Shown: one piece after another, positions 1 to 11,232 of the stretch
How positions within the stretch are numbered: position 1 is the first letter of the stretch
Layout: every line of letters starts with the position of its first letter
Origin: Octopus sinensis
Taxonomy: Eukaryota
Assembly: GCF_006345805.1 (NCBI RefSeq)
Contig: NC_042997.1
Coordinates: 212,102,001-212,166,000 of the forward strand
Direction of reading: 5' to 3'
DNA length: 64,000 nt
Made by a program: the position numbers and the translations under genes
Notes under the pieces: generated by a model
Database searches by the model: none
Seen by the model: the letters and a program-made list of their open reading frames with translations, nothing else
Told to the model about the DNA's origin: nothing

Positions 1-618
1 CATCTGATGGTTGATGTTTTATTGATTTAAGTATGTTTCTCCATTTTCTAATTTTGTTACATATATATATATACATGTGTATACATATATATATATACAC
101 AAGTGTATACATTACACATGAAATGTATTTATTTATAAACTTTAAACTGAACTTCAATTGTTTTATAAACCTAACAGCTTGGTGTACGTAAATAAACGGC
201 GTAAATTAACGAAGGTATAAACCTGACGGAAATACACGAAGTTGACTACTTTCACTTCTAACAACCAAAGGCATGACTGCCGTTTTTTTTTTTTGTGAGG
301 GTCCGGGGACAGCAACTAGAAAGGCCTCCCCGGGCAGCACAGATTCTAGCTACGCTAGTGCCAATATTCCCTCTAACTCCATCTAATAAAAAGTTATCCG
401 ACTTCCACCCAGCATGTTGCGTCTTCTCACTAGCTTTTCTACTACATAGCCACTATCCACTGGAGCTGGTTGATCTCATACCTATTCTACTCAGGATCAC
501 CCGACTCCTCTACCCTCTCGTCTCTTATTCATTTGCATAAAACACTACACCTCATCTTTCTCAGACGTTAACTCTTGGAATATCTTTTCTGGAGTTGTTC
601 AAGAACATCAGTTACATC

Positions 619-1353
619 GGTTCTACTAGCGAACTGTGGTCCGGGTGCGCGCAGTCGCGCATCCGCGCTAGCTAGTCGTAAGTAGTCGATCCTACAACGA
701 CTTTTTAACCCTAACCCTAACTTGTTTATAAAAATAATTTATTTACTTAGTTTAAAAAATCATTTACTTTGCGTTTTATTTACTTAGTTCGAAAAATATT
801 ATTTAATATTATTTAATGGCGCGGGAGTGGCTGTGTGGTAAGTAGCTTGCTAACTAACCACATGGTTCCGGGTTCAGTCCCACCGCGTGGCATCTTGGGC
901 AAGTGTCTTCTGCTATAGCCCCGGGCCGACCAATGCCTTGTGAGTGGATTTGGTAGACGGAAACTGAAAGAAGCCTGTCGTATATATGTATATATATATA
1001 TATGAGTGTGTGTGTGTCTGTGTTTGTCCCCCTAGCATCGCTTGACAACCGATGCTGATGTGTTTAAGTCCCCGTCACTTAACGGTTCGGCAAAAAGAGA
1101 CCGATAGAATAAGTACTGGGCTTACAAAGAATAAGTCCCGGGGTTGATTTGCTCGACTAAAGGCGGTGCTCCAGCATGGCCGCAGTCAAATGACTGAAAC
1201 AAGTAAAAGAGTAGAAGAGAGTAAAGAGTAAAGAGTAATTTTCTTTGATCTGTATTCAGCCTTGAAATACAAACATACGCGGAAGTCGTTGTAGGATCGA
1301 CTACTTACGACTAGCTAGCGCGAGTGCGTGCACCACTGTTCGCTAGTAGTACC
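619..1353. mobile_element. Non-autonomous TIR element (MULE/Merlin-like) with 9-bp TSD and a nested SINE
   Basis: TIRs GGTTCTACTAGCGAAC.../...GTTCGCTAGTAGTACC, inner arms 664-702 vs 1285-1322, TSD agttacatc at 610-618 and 1354-1362. Further copies at 6889-7616 and 13075-13808. Confidence 0.8.
818..1238 (+). mobile_element. tRNA-derived SINE (abundant family). Other copies: ~1490-1840(-), 4190-4352(-), 7088-7500(+), 7750-8100(-), 10450-10612(-), 13272-13692(+), 17335-17742(-), 18770-19105(+), 26478-26872(+), 43490-43882(-), 47850-48210(-)
   Basis: A-box-like tggctgtgtggt and B-box-like ggttcagtcc head, shared body, internal TA/TG microsatellite, (gagtaaa)n tail. Confidence 0.85.
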
Positions 1354-1847
1354 AGTTACATCAACTTAAACAGTTTCGGAGTCGCCTACGAAAGGTCACC
1401 AGTGCAGACCCTCACAGGTCAAACCAAACCATAAAAAAAAAAAATTAGTCTTATTAGGTTAATTATGTCTTTTTTTTTTATTTTTGATACTTGTTTCAGT
1501 CATTTGACTGCGGCCATGCTGGAGCACCACCTTTTAGTACTTATTCTATCGGTCTGTTTTGACGAACCGCTAAGTGACGGGGACATAAACACACCAGCAT
1601 CGGTTGTCAAGCAATGCTAGGGGGACAAACACAGACACACAAACATATACACACACACTTATATACATATACATATATACGACAGGCTTCTTTCAGTTTC
1701 CGTCTACCAAATCCACTCACAAGGCATTAGTCGGCCCGGGGCTATAGCAGAAGACACTTGCCCAAGATGCCACGCAGTGGGACTGAACCCGGAACCATGT
1801 GGTTGGCTAGCAAGCTACTTACCACACAGTCACTCCTGTACCTTATA

Positions 1848-2132
1848 TATATTATATAATAGTGTACATTTAAACACAAAAGAAAACTACCCTTTAACAG
1901 GTAATTTTTATATGCTAGAAAGAGCAGCCAACATGTCCAAAACCACGATTTAATAGCAATTTTCGAAGTAAATGAAAAAAAAAAAAATAACATGGTAAAA
2001 GTTTTTTATTTACTTCGAAAATTGCTATTAAATCGTGGTTTTGGCCGTGTTGGCTGCTCTTTCTAGCATGTAAAAATGACCTGTTAAAGGGTAGTTTTCT
2101 TTTGTGTTTAATGTACACTATTTTAAAATATA
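1848..2132. mobile_element. Foldback/MITE-like palindrome with ~125-bp arms (copy at ~8107-8389)
   Basis: atagtgtacatttaaacacaaaagaaaactaccc...ttcgaagtaaat is the reverse complement of atttacttcgaa...gggtagttttcttttgtgtttaatgtacactat. Confidence 0.8.
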
Positions 2133-2374
2133 ATATGTTGTCTGTTGACCATTTATACATGCTAGGTTACTGGTGGTGATATTTTATAACGAATATTCAC
2201 TACCCTATATATGTATGTATATATATACGGTTAAGTATTGAGATTCAAGTGAATGCTAATGAATTCACATGAATATGGTCCTTAACTAGGATGCACCGGA
2301 AATCTATATGGTGTTAACCATACGACAAGTGGGGTGATTACAAATAGGAAAAAAGCAACAAGAATGGATTAAAA

Positions 2375-2462
2375 TCTCGGTACAATCGTTTCGTACGAGG
2401 ACATCTTTAATAAGCTACAAAAAATGCAGTGAATACAGATGGCTCGTACTCGTCAGCCGAAA
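2375..2462 (-). ncRNA. Type I hammerhead ribozyme motif with canonical core and long stem II
   Basis: Minus strand reads tttcgg CTGACGA GTACGAG...CTCGTAC GAAA CGATTG TA ccgaga: 6-bp stem I, 7-bp stem II extended by catct/agatg, 2-bp stem III with tetraloop, GUA cleavage triplet. Confidence 0.85.
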
Positions 2463-2879
2463 AAACATCAGAGAATTCCCAAACATCAAAAGGGGTAGAT
2501 ACAAAAGAGGGTGTAAGATTAACTGCATTGAAGAAAGTTCGATTCATGGAGATCCGATGAAAGGTTTTAAACTTACAGAATTTGTGCATGTCTACATATA
2601 GCTCATATTGAATTGCTAATCAAGTTGTGTGAAGAAATTTTCGGATACAGTCATGCAAAATTTCTGAAAATCCGAGTAAGAAGCAAAGTGACTGTCATAT
2701 CGTGTAGAGGAACAGATTGTTATTGAAATTTACAAGAATCGCAGATAAGTTCGATTCTTGGAGATCCGATGAAAAGTCTTGAACTTACAGAATATGTGCA
2801 TGTCCTTATAGTTCATAATCCAGTTTTGTGAGGAGATTTAGGCTACAATCATGCGAAAATATCAGGGAATCCGATTCCC

Positions 2880-3397
2880 TGATATTTTAGCATTTCATCA
2901 TTAATATGGTGAACAGTTTTATTCCTCGGGGCCAGTATAGCCTTTTCGCCAATCCAATCCATATTCTGATAATTAGCTTGTAGATCTGGGAACACTGCAT
3001 CTCTGAGATCAGAAGGGGTCTTAACAATGTTACAAATGGAATCGATGGCAATATTACCATTTTCATCCCCTGGTATTTTGCCTTCGCCAAGTGCAAGGAG
3101 GGTGTGAGGAAATGCTGCTGATGTGATATTACGTCGCATATGAGCACGCATATTGGTGTGAAGTTTGAGAGTTACTTCCCTTTATTAAAAAAAATATGCA
3201 TTAAAAAGGAAAAAAATGATGGTAAATTATTTGTAAACTCATAGACTCATCGTAGACGTGCGCTAATACCCAGAAGGGCTCGATATGAATCACGACTATA
3301 AGATACCCGGTTTTGGTTAAACTGCATCGCAAAATGTGGGAGTAGTTAGGAATCTAAATCGGAGTAGACAGACACACAACCTTTCTTTTATATATAA
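2880..3397 (-). mobile_element. Helitron fragment: 5'-end-like segment joined to part of the RepHel PIF1-type helicase
   Basis: Translation LKLHTNMRAH...LLALGEG...VFPDLQANYQNMDWIGEKAILAPRNKTVHHIN matches Helitron helicase motifs. 3180-3397 resembles the 5' end of the short Helitron at 21785-22112. Confidence 0.8.
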
Positions 3398-4357
3398 ATA
3401 TTTTCGTCCTAAAAAACTTTGTATGGATTGAATGGTTACCTCTATGGAAATATATACACGTACATCATACATACATGTGTGTATAGATGAATATATAAAT
3501 ACATTTAAATATCTATATACACTTTTGGGCGATCTTTCTGTTTCTTAGAGATAACTTTATCCCGTCCGATTCGCTCCAAAATTTACAGGGACATGTAGAA
3601 TGAGGTGACGATGCTCGTGGGCTACCTTAGAAATCCCTATCTTAAAAGGTGTGGTTGCTAGGGGCCATCTTCCTCACTCACCCTATTTCCTCCAGTACCC
3701 TCTCACTCCTCTACATATGACAGGCCACTACGGTTATTTAATGTAAAGTCTTCCTCAAATCATTCTCTCGCTATTTACTCTCTTCCAAGAACATTTTCAC
3801 TCACTCTTATCTCTTAGCTTCCCATACATTTTACTCATGTATCTATCAGCGTCATAGACAGAAACAAATATTACATCGCCATCGCCTTCTATTGTCTACC
3901 TGTCAACACACACACAGTGAATTACTTTCACTTTATTCGTTGCACACTGTGTGTGTGCGTGTGCTGTATCCCACACTAAGAAAAGCACTTGACTCATACA
4001 CCACAATGTGAGTTTTCTCTAAATTTTGCTTAATTGGGGTTGAAATTTTAAAAAGTGGACCTGGCAAGACCCGATGCATTCTACTCTTAAAAATGCTAGG
4101 TAAATTGTAATTGAAGAAATCCTATATTGTAGATTTCTATAAGAGACAAAGGGAGGCAGATAAAATCTGCCTTTTATAATAAGAGATATACGACGGGCTT
4201 CTTTCAGTTTCCATCTACCAAATCCACTCACAAGGCTTTGGTCGACCCAAGGCTATAGTAGAAGACAGTTGCCCAGGGTGCCATGCAGTGGGACTGAACC
4301 TGGAAGCATGTGGTTGGTAAGCAAGCTACTTACCACACAGCCACTCCTGTGCCCTGT

Positions 4358-4565
4358 TCAGGCTTGGATATAAACATGTAGTGTAAAACATTCAGACATC
4401 ATCATTATCTTCCCATATCCTGTGGTACATTCTTTCGCCATAGCCACAAGAATGATGAAAATAGCTCTTCCTTCCCATCTGAAGGAAGGAGGCGTGACAA
4501 TATTGACGATAGACTTGGCTGATAAACCGACTCGTCCCACACACGACAGCAGTCGTTCGACATAG
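4358..4565 (-). mobile_element. Tx1/L1-type LINE ORF2 C-terminal fragment (copy at ~10619-10825)
   Basis: YVERLLSCVGRVGLSAKSIVNIVTPPSF.WEGRAIFIILVAMAKEC is homologous to the fragments at 37459-37870 and 56630-56760. Confidence 0.7.
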
Positions 4566-4848
4566 ATAGAAAGATAGATCGATATAGATAGAAAGATAGA
4601 TAGATAGTGGGTGGCACAAAGTGTAAAGGTCGTAAATAGCGCTATAAGCGAGGAAGATAACTAGAAACATATTTGCGTTTCTAATAAGTCGAGGAAGTAA
4701 ACTGTAAATACGGAGACGTACTTGCATAGCAAGTGATTTGATCTGAGATCGTGTGCTGAAACGAAAACAATTGCAGCGTGGAAGGTGTTTGTAAGCCATT
4801 TAAGAAACACACAAAAGCCGTTCGATTCACTTCAACATTTAAGTTTAA

Positions 4849-4898
4849 TTTGTCAAAATATTTTCGTCGCTAAAATCCGCGACCTGTTCACTGACAAA
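4849..4898 (-). ncRNA. Minimal type I hammerhead motif with G3:C8 core swap, 56 bp upstream of the DCTD ATG
   Basis: Minus strand reads tttgtca GTGAACA g gtcgc-ggatttta-gcgac GAAA ATAT T T tgacaaa: 7-bp stem I, 5-bp stem II, palindromic AATATT stem III. Confidence 0.7.
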
Positions 4899-4954
4899 GT
4901 CCGTGCTGCATCTCTGTAAATATTTCCCGCAAAATCTTACGTATTTGAATCACT

Positions 4955-5614
4955 ATGGCAGAAGGTACTTCTGTTAACGATGTTGCATCAAGCATGTCTA
5001 AAAAGCGGCAAGGTTACCTTGGATGGGATGATTACTTCATGTCAGTGGCTTTCCTCTCTGCTAAACGTAGCAAAGACCCAAGAACTCAGGTAGGAGCTTG
5101 TATTGTTAATGAAGATCGACGTATTGTTGGCACCGGATATAACGGTATGCCTCGAGGTTGTAGTGACGATGTTTTTCCTTGGTGCAATGAAGGTCCCACT
5201 GAGCTACAGAAGAAAAGTCTCTACGTATGTCATGCTGAGCTTAATGCTATTCTCAATAAGAACTCTGCAGACGTTCGCAATTGCACTATGTATGTCGGTT
5301 TGTTTCCTTGCAATGAATGTGCTAAAGTCATTATACAGTCTGGAATTAAAAAAGTAATATTCTATTCGGATAAATATAAGGACCGAACTACCTCTCAAGC
5401 TTCTCGAAAAATGTTTAAAGATGCTGAAATAGACTGTGACCAGTATCAACCTACAGACGAACAAATTGTTATAGATTTTACTTCAATAGAAGAAAAGAAA
5501 AACCGGATTATAAGTTCAGACAGACAAAATGTTACAGGTTTTACTTCATTAGATAAAAAGAAAGACCGGATTAAAAGTTCAGATTCACACCTTTTTTCTG
5601 AACTTTCATTTTAA
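4955..5614 (+). CDS. DCTD: Intronless dCMP deaminase (deoxycytidylate deaminase), 219 aa, with a duplicated C-terminal segment
   Basis: Family motifs [32 protein letters not shown], zinc/catalytic HAE (H93,E95), PCxxC (P118-C119-N-E-C122), SGIKKV and IVIDF lie in one uninterrupted ATG-to-TAA frame. Confidence 0.95.
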   Translation: MAEGTSVNDVASSMSKKRQGYLGWDDYFMSVAFLSAKRSKDPRTQVGACIVNEDRRIVGTGYNGMPRGCSDDVFPWCNEGPTELQKKSLYVCHAELNAILNKNSADVRNCTMYVGLFPCNECAKVIIQSGIKKVIFYSDKYKDRTTSQASRKMFKDAEIDCDQYQPTDEQIVIDFTSIEEKKNRIISSDRQNVTGFTSLDKKKDRIKSSDSHLFSELSF

Positions 5615-6009
5615 TCAGATGCGAACATAAACACTTGGAATTCATTATATTGCCACCATTGCCTTTTCATAATGATATCCTGTTATATTTTCTAGCTAAA
5701 ATATTAACTGTTGTATTTTTAACGAACATTTTTATTCCATTTTGTTTTCGTTTGTGTGTACATAACATTTTAACTTCCTCTTTCTAAGAAAGTGAAACTA
5801 TCCACATTTGCTCCAATACGCAGTAGCGTAGCTGGGGGGTGTGTGTGCATTTTGGGCCGCACTTTTAAAGAGGCTAATGTGTGTGTGTCTGTATTTATGT
5901 ATGTGTGTATAAGTAGTTATATGCTTATATTATCTATTATAGTAATATTTTTCTGTTGAAATCCGTTTTAAGGCGGTCAATAGTTTAATTAAAGATGTGT
6001 CTATACATG

Positions 6010-6060
<51 letters not shown>

Positions 6061-6061
6061 T

Positions 6062-6104
<43 letters not shown>

Positions 6105-8633
6105 TATTACATATTATATTTTATATTTTATATTTCTATTTCCTTGTCTATTTATATTTACTATATATGTTGTATAATGCCTTTACTAATATGTAATGGT
6201 GTAATAAAGTATTGATTGAGTATCATCTGATGGTTGATGTTTTATTGATTTAAGTATGTTTCTCCATTTTCTAATTTTGTTACATATATATATATACATG
6301 TGTATACATATATATATATACACAAGTGTATACATTACACATGAAATGTATTTATTTATAAACTTTAAACTGAACTTCAATTGTTTTATAAACCTAACAG
6401 CTTGGTGTACGTAAATAAACGGCGTAAATTAACGAAGGTATAAACCTGACGGAAATACACGAAGTTGACTACTTTCACTTCTAACAACCAACAACTGCTT
6501 TCACTTCTAACAACCAACAACTACTTTCACTTCTAACAACTAACAACTGCCGTTTTTTTTTTTGTGAGGGTCCGGGGACAGCAACTAGAAAGGCCTCCCC
6601 GGGCAGCACAGATTCTAGCTACGCTAGTGCCAATATTCCCTCTAACTCCATCTAATAAAAAGTTATCCGACTTCCACCCAGCATGTTGCGTCTTCTCACT
6701 AGCTTTTCTACTACATAGCCACTATCCACTGGAGCTGGTTGATCTCATACCTATTCTACTCAGGATCACCCGACTCCCTCTACCCTCTCGTCTCTTATTC
6801 ATTTGCATAAAACACTACACCTCATCTTTCTCAGACGTTAACTCTTGGAATATCTTTTCTGGAGTTGTTCAAGAACATCAGTTACATCGGTTCTACTAGC
6901 GAACTGTGGTCCGGGTGCGCGCAGTCGCGCATCCGCGCTAGCTAGTCGTAAGTAGTCGATCCTACAATGACTTTTTAACCCTAACCCTAACTTGTTTATA
7001 AAAATAATTTATTTCTTTAGTTTAAAAAATCATTTACTTTGCGTTTTATTTACTTTGTTCGAAAAATATTATTTAATATTATTTAATGGCGCGGGAGTGG
7101 CTGTGTGGTAAGTAGCTTGCTAACTAACCACATGGTTCCGGGTTCAGTCCCACCGCGTGGCATCTTGGGCAAGTGTCTTCTGCTATAGCCCCGGGCCGAC
7201 CAATGCCTTGTGAGTGGATTTGGTAGACGGAAACTGAAAGAAGCCTGCCGTATATATATATGTATATATATATGAGTGTGTGTGTGTCTGTGTTTGTCCC
7301 CCTAGCATCGCTTGACAACCGATGCTGATGTGTTTACGTCCCCGTCACTTAACGGTTCGGCAAAAAGAGACCGATAGAATAAGTACTGGGCTTACAAAGA
7401 ATAAGTCCCGGGGTCGATTTGCTCGACTAAAGGCGGTGCTCCAGCATGGCCGCAGTCAAATGACTGAAACAAGTAAAAGAGTAGAAGAGAGTAAAGAGTA
7501 ATTTTCTTTGATCTGTATTCAGCCTTGAAATACAAACATACGCGGAAGTCGTTGTAGGATCGACTACTTACGACTAGCTAGCGCGAGTGCGTGCACCACT
7601 GTTCGCTAGTAGTACCAGTTACATCAACTTAAACAGTTTCGGAGTCGCCTACGAAAGGTCACCAGTGCAGACCCTCACAGGTCAAACCAAACCATAAAAA
7701 AAAAAATTAGTCTTATTCGGTTAATTATGTCTTTTTTTTTTATTTTTATACTTGTTTCAGTCATTTGACTGCGGCCATGCTGGAGCACCACCTTTTAGTA
7801 CTTATTCTATCGGTCTGTTTTGACGAACCGCTAAGTGACGGGGACATAAACACACCAGCATCGGTTGTCAAGCAATGCTAGGGGGACAAACACAGACACA
7901 CAAACATATACACACACACTTATATACATATACATATATACGACAGGCTTCTTTCAGTTTCCGTCTACAAATCCACTCACAAGGCATTAGTCGGCCCGGG
8001 GCTATAGCAGAAGACACTTGCCCAAGATGCCACGCAGTGGGACTGAACCCGAACCATGTGGTTGGCTAGCAAGCTACTTACCACACAGTCACTCCTGTAC
8101 CTTATATATATTATATAATAGTGTACATTTAAACACAAAAGAAAACTACCCTTTAACAGGTAATTTTTATATGCTAGAAAGAGCAGCCAACATGTCCAAA
8201 ACCACGATTTAATAGCAATTTTCGAAGTAAATGAAAAATAAAAAATAACAAGGTAAAAGTTTTTTATTTACTTCGAAAATTGCTATTAAATCGTGGTTTT
8301 GGCCGTGTTGGCTGCTCTTTCTAGCATGTAAAAATTACCTGTTAAAGGGTAGTTTTCTTTGTGTTTAAATGTACACTATTTTAAAATATGAATATGTTGT
8401 CTGTTGACCATTTATACATGCTAGGTTACTGGTGGTGATATTTTATAACGAATATTCACTACCCTATATATGTATGTTATATATACGGTTAAGTAATTGA
8501 GATTCAAGTGAATTCTAATGAATTCACATGAATATGGTCCTTAACTAGGATGCACCGGAAATCTATATGGTGTTAACCATACGACAAGTGGGGTGATTAC
8601 AAATAGGAAAAAAGCAACAAGAATGGATTAAAA

Positions 8634-8720
8634 TCTCGGTACAATCGTTTCGTACGAGGACATCTTTAATAAGCTACAAAAATGCAGTGAATACAGATGG
8701 CTCGTACTCGTCAGCCGAAA
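8634..8720 (-). ncRNA. Type I hammerhead ribozyme motif (copy in unit 2)
   Basis: Identical to 2375-2462 except for one A in a homopolymer within the stem II loop. Confidence 0.85.
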
Positions 8721-9139
8721 AAACATCAGAGAATTCCCAAACATCAAAAGGGGTAGATACAAAAGAGGGTGTAAGATTAACTGCATTGAAGAAAGTTCGA
8801 TTCATGGAGATCCGATGAAAGGTTTTAAACTTACAGAATTTGTGCATGTCTACATATAGCTCATATTGAATTGCTAATCAAGTTGTGTGAAGAAATTTTC
8901 GGATACAGTCATGCAAAATTTCTGAAAATCCGAGGAAGAAGCAAAGTGACTGTCATATCGTGTAGAGGAACAGATTGTTATTGAAATTTACAAGAATCGC
9001 AGATAAGTTCGATTCTTGGAGATCCGATGAAAAGTCTTGAACTTACAGAATATGTGCATGTCCTTATAGTTCATAATCCAGTTTTGTGAGGAGATTTAGG
9101 GTACAATCATGCGAAAATATCAGGGAATCCGATTCCCTG

Positions 9140-9655
9140 ATATTTTAGCATTTCATCATCATTAATATGGTGAACAGTTTTATTCCTCGGGGCCAGTATA
9201 GCCTTTTCGCCAATCCATCCATATTCTGATAATTAGCTTGTAGATCTGGGAACACTGCATCTCTGAGATCAGAAGGTGTCTTAACAATGTTACAAATGGA
9301 ATCGATGGCAATATTACCATTTTCATCCCCTGGTATTTTGCCTTCGCCAAGTGCAAGGAGGGTGTGAGGAAATGCTGCTGATGTGATATTACGTCGCATA
9401 TGAGCACGCATATTGGTGTGAAGTTTGAGAGTTACTTCCCTTTATTAAAAAAATATGCATTAAAAAGGAAAAAAGATGGTAAATTATTTGTAAACTCATA
9501 GACTCATCGAAGACGTGCGCTAATACCCAGAAGGGCTCGATATGAATCACGACTATAATACCCGGTTTTGGTTAAACTGCATCGCAAAATGTGGGAGTAG
9601 TTAGGAATCTAAATCGGAGTAGACAGACACACAACCTTTCTTTTATATATAAATA
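9140..9655 (-). mobile_element. Helitron helicase fragment (unit 2 copy, frameshifted)
   Basis: Same sequence as 2880-3397 with a 1-nt deletion near 9215 and a 3-nt insertion near 9155. Confidence 0.8.
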
Positions 9656-11126
9656 TTTTCGTCCTAAAAAACTTTGTATGGATTGAATGGTTACCTCTAT
9701 GGAAATATATACACGTACATCATACATACATGTGTGTATAGATGAATATATAATACATTTAAATATCTATATACACTTTTGGGCGATCTTTCTGTTTGTT
9801 TCTTAGAGATAACTTTATCCCGTCCGATTCGCGCCAAAATTTACAGGGACATGTAGAATGAGGTGACGATGCTCGTGGGCTACCTTAGAAATCCCTATCT
9901 TAAAAGGTGTGGTTGCTAGGGGCCATCTTCCTCACTCACCCTATTTCCTCCTCCAGTACCCTCTCACTCCTCTACATATGACAGGCTACTACGGTTATTT
10001 AATGTAAAGTCTTCCTCAAATCATTCTCTCGCTATTTACTCTCTTCCAAGAACATTTTCACTCACTCTTATCTCTTAGCTTCCCATACATTTTACTCATG
10101 TATCTATCAGCGTCATAGACAGAAACAAATATTACATCGCCATCGCCTTCTACTGTCTACCTGTCAACACACACACAGTGAATTACTTTCACTTTATTCG
10201 TTGCACACTGTGTGTGTGCGTGTGCTGTATCCCACACTAAGAAAAGCACTTGACTCATACACCACAATGTGAGTTTTCTCTAAATTTTGCTTAATTGGGG
10301 TTGAAATTTTAAAAAGTGGACCTGGCAAGACCCGATGCATTCTACTCTTAAAAATGCTAGGTAAATTGTAATTGAAGAAATCCTATATTGTAGATTTCTA
10401 TAAGAGACAAAGGGAGGCAGATAAAATCTGCCTTTTATAATAAGAGATATACGACGGGCTTCTTTCAGTTTCCATCTACCAAATCCACTCACAAGGCTTT
10501 GGTCGACCCAAGGCTATAGTAGAAGACAGTTGCCCAGGGTGCCATGCAGTGGGACTGAACCTGGAAGCATGTGGTTGGTAAGCAAGCTACTTACCACACA
10601 GCCACTCCTGTGCCCTGTTCAGGCTTGGATATAAACATGTAGTGTAAAACATTCAGACATCATCATTATCTTCCCATATCCTGTGGTACATTCTTTCGCC
10701 ATAGCCACAAGAATGATGAAAATAGCTCTTCCTTCCCATTTGAAGGAAGGAGGCGTGACAATATTGACGATAGACTTGGCTGATAAACCGACTCGTCCCA
10801 CACACGACAGCAGTCGTTCGACATAGATAGAAAGATAGATATAGATAGAAAGATAGATCGATATAGATAGAAAGATAGATAGACAGTGGGTGGCACAAAG
10901 TGTAAAGGACGTAAATAGCGCTATAAGCAAGGGAGATAACTAGAAACATATTTGCGTTTCTAATAAGTCGAGGAAGTAAACTGTAATACGGAGATGTACT
11001 TGCATAGCAAGTAATTTGATCTGAGATCGTGTGCTGAAACGAAAACAATTGCAGCGTGGAAGGTGTTTGTAAGCCATTTAAGAAACACACAAAAGCCGTT
11101 CGATTCACTTCAACATTTAAGTTTAA

Positions 11127-11176
11127 TTTGTCAAAATATTTTCGTCGCTAAAATCCGCGACCTGTTCACTGACAAA
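11127..11176 (-). ncRNA. Minimal G3:C8 hammerhead motif (copy in unit 2)
   Basis: Identical to 4849-4898. Confidence 0.7.
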
Positions 11177-11232
11177 GTCCGTGCTGCATCTCTGTAAATA
11201 TTTCCCGCAAAATCTTACGTATTTGAATCACT

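Noticed and set aside
295-600. Repeated 81-118 aa ORF (RVRGQQLERPP...)
   Set aside because: No motif recognised, GTG start, and a frameshift between copies.
818-900. tRNA genes at SINE heads
   Set aside because: A/B boxes are present, but there is no full cloverleaf and each continues into a SINE body.
2286-2310. Possible Helitron 3' end (minus-strand CTAG|T with cacc...ggtg)
   Set aside because: The hairpin is weak and the segment seems to belong to the hammerhead-bearing repeat; not used as a boundary.
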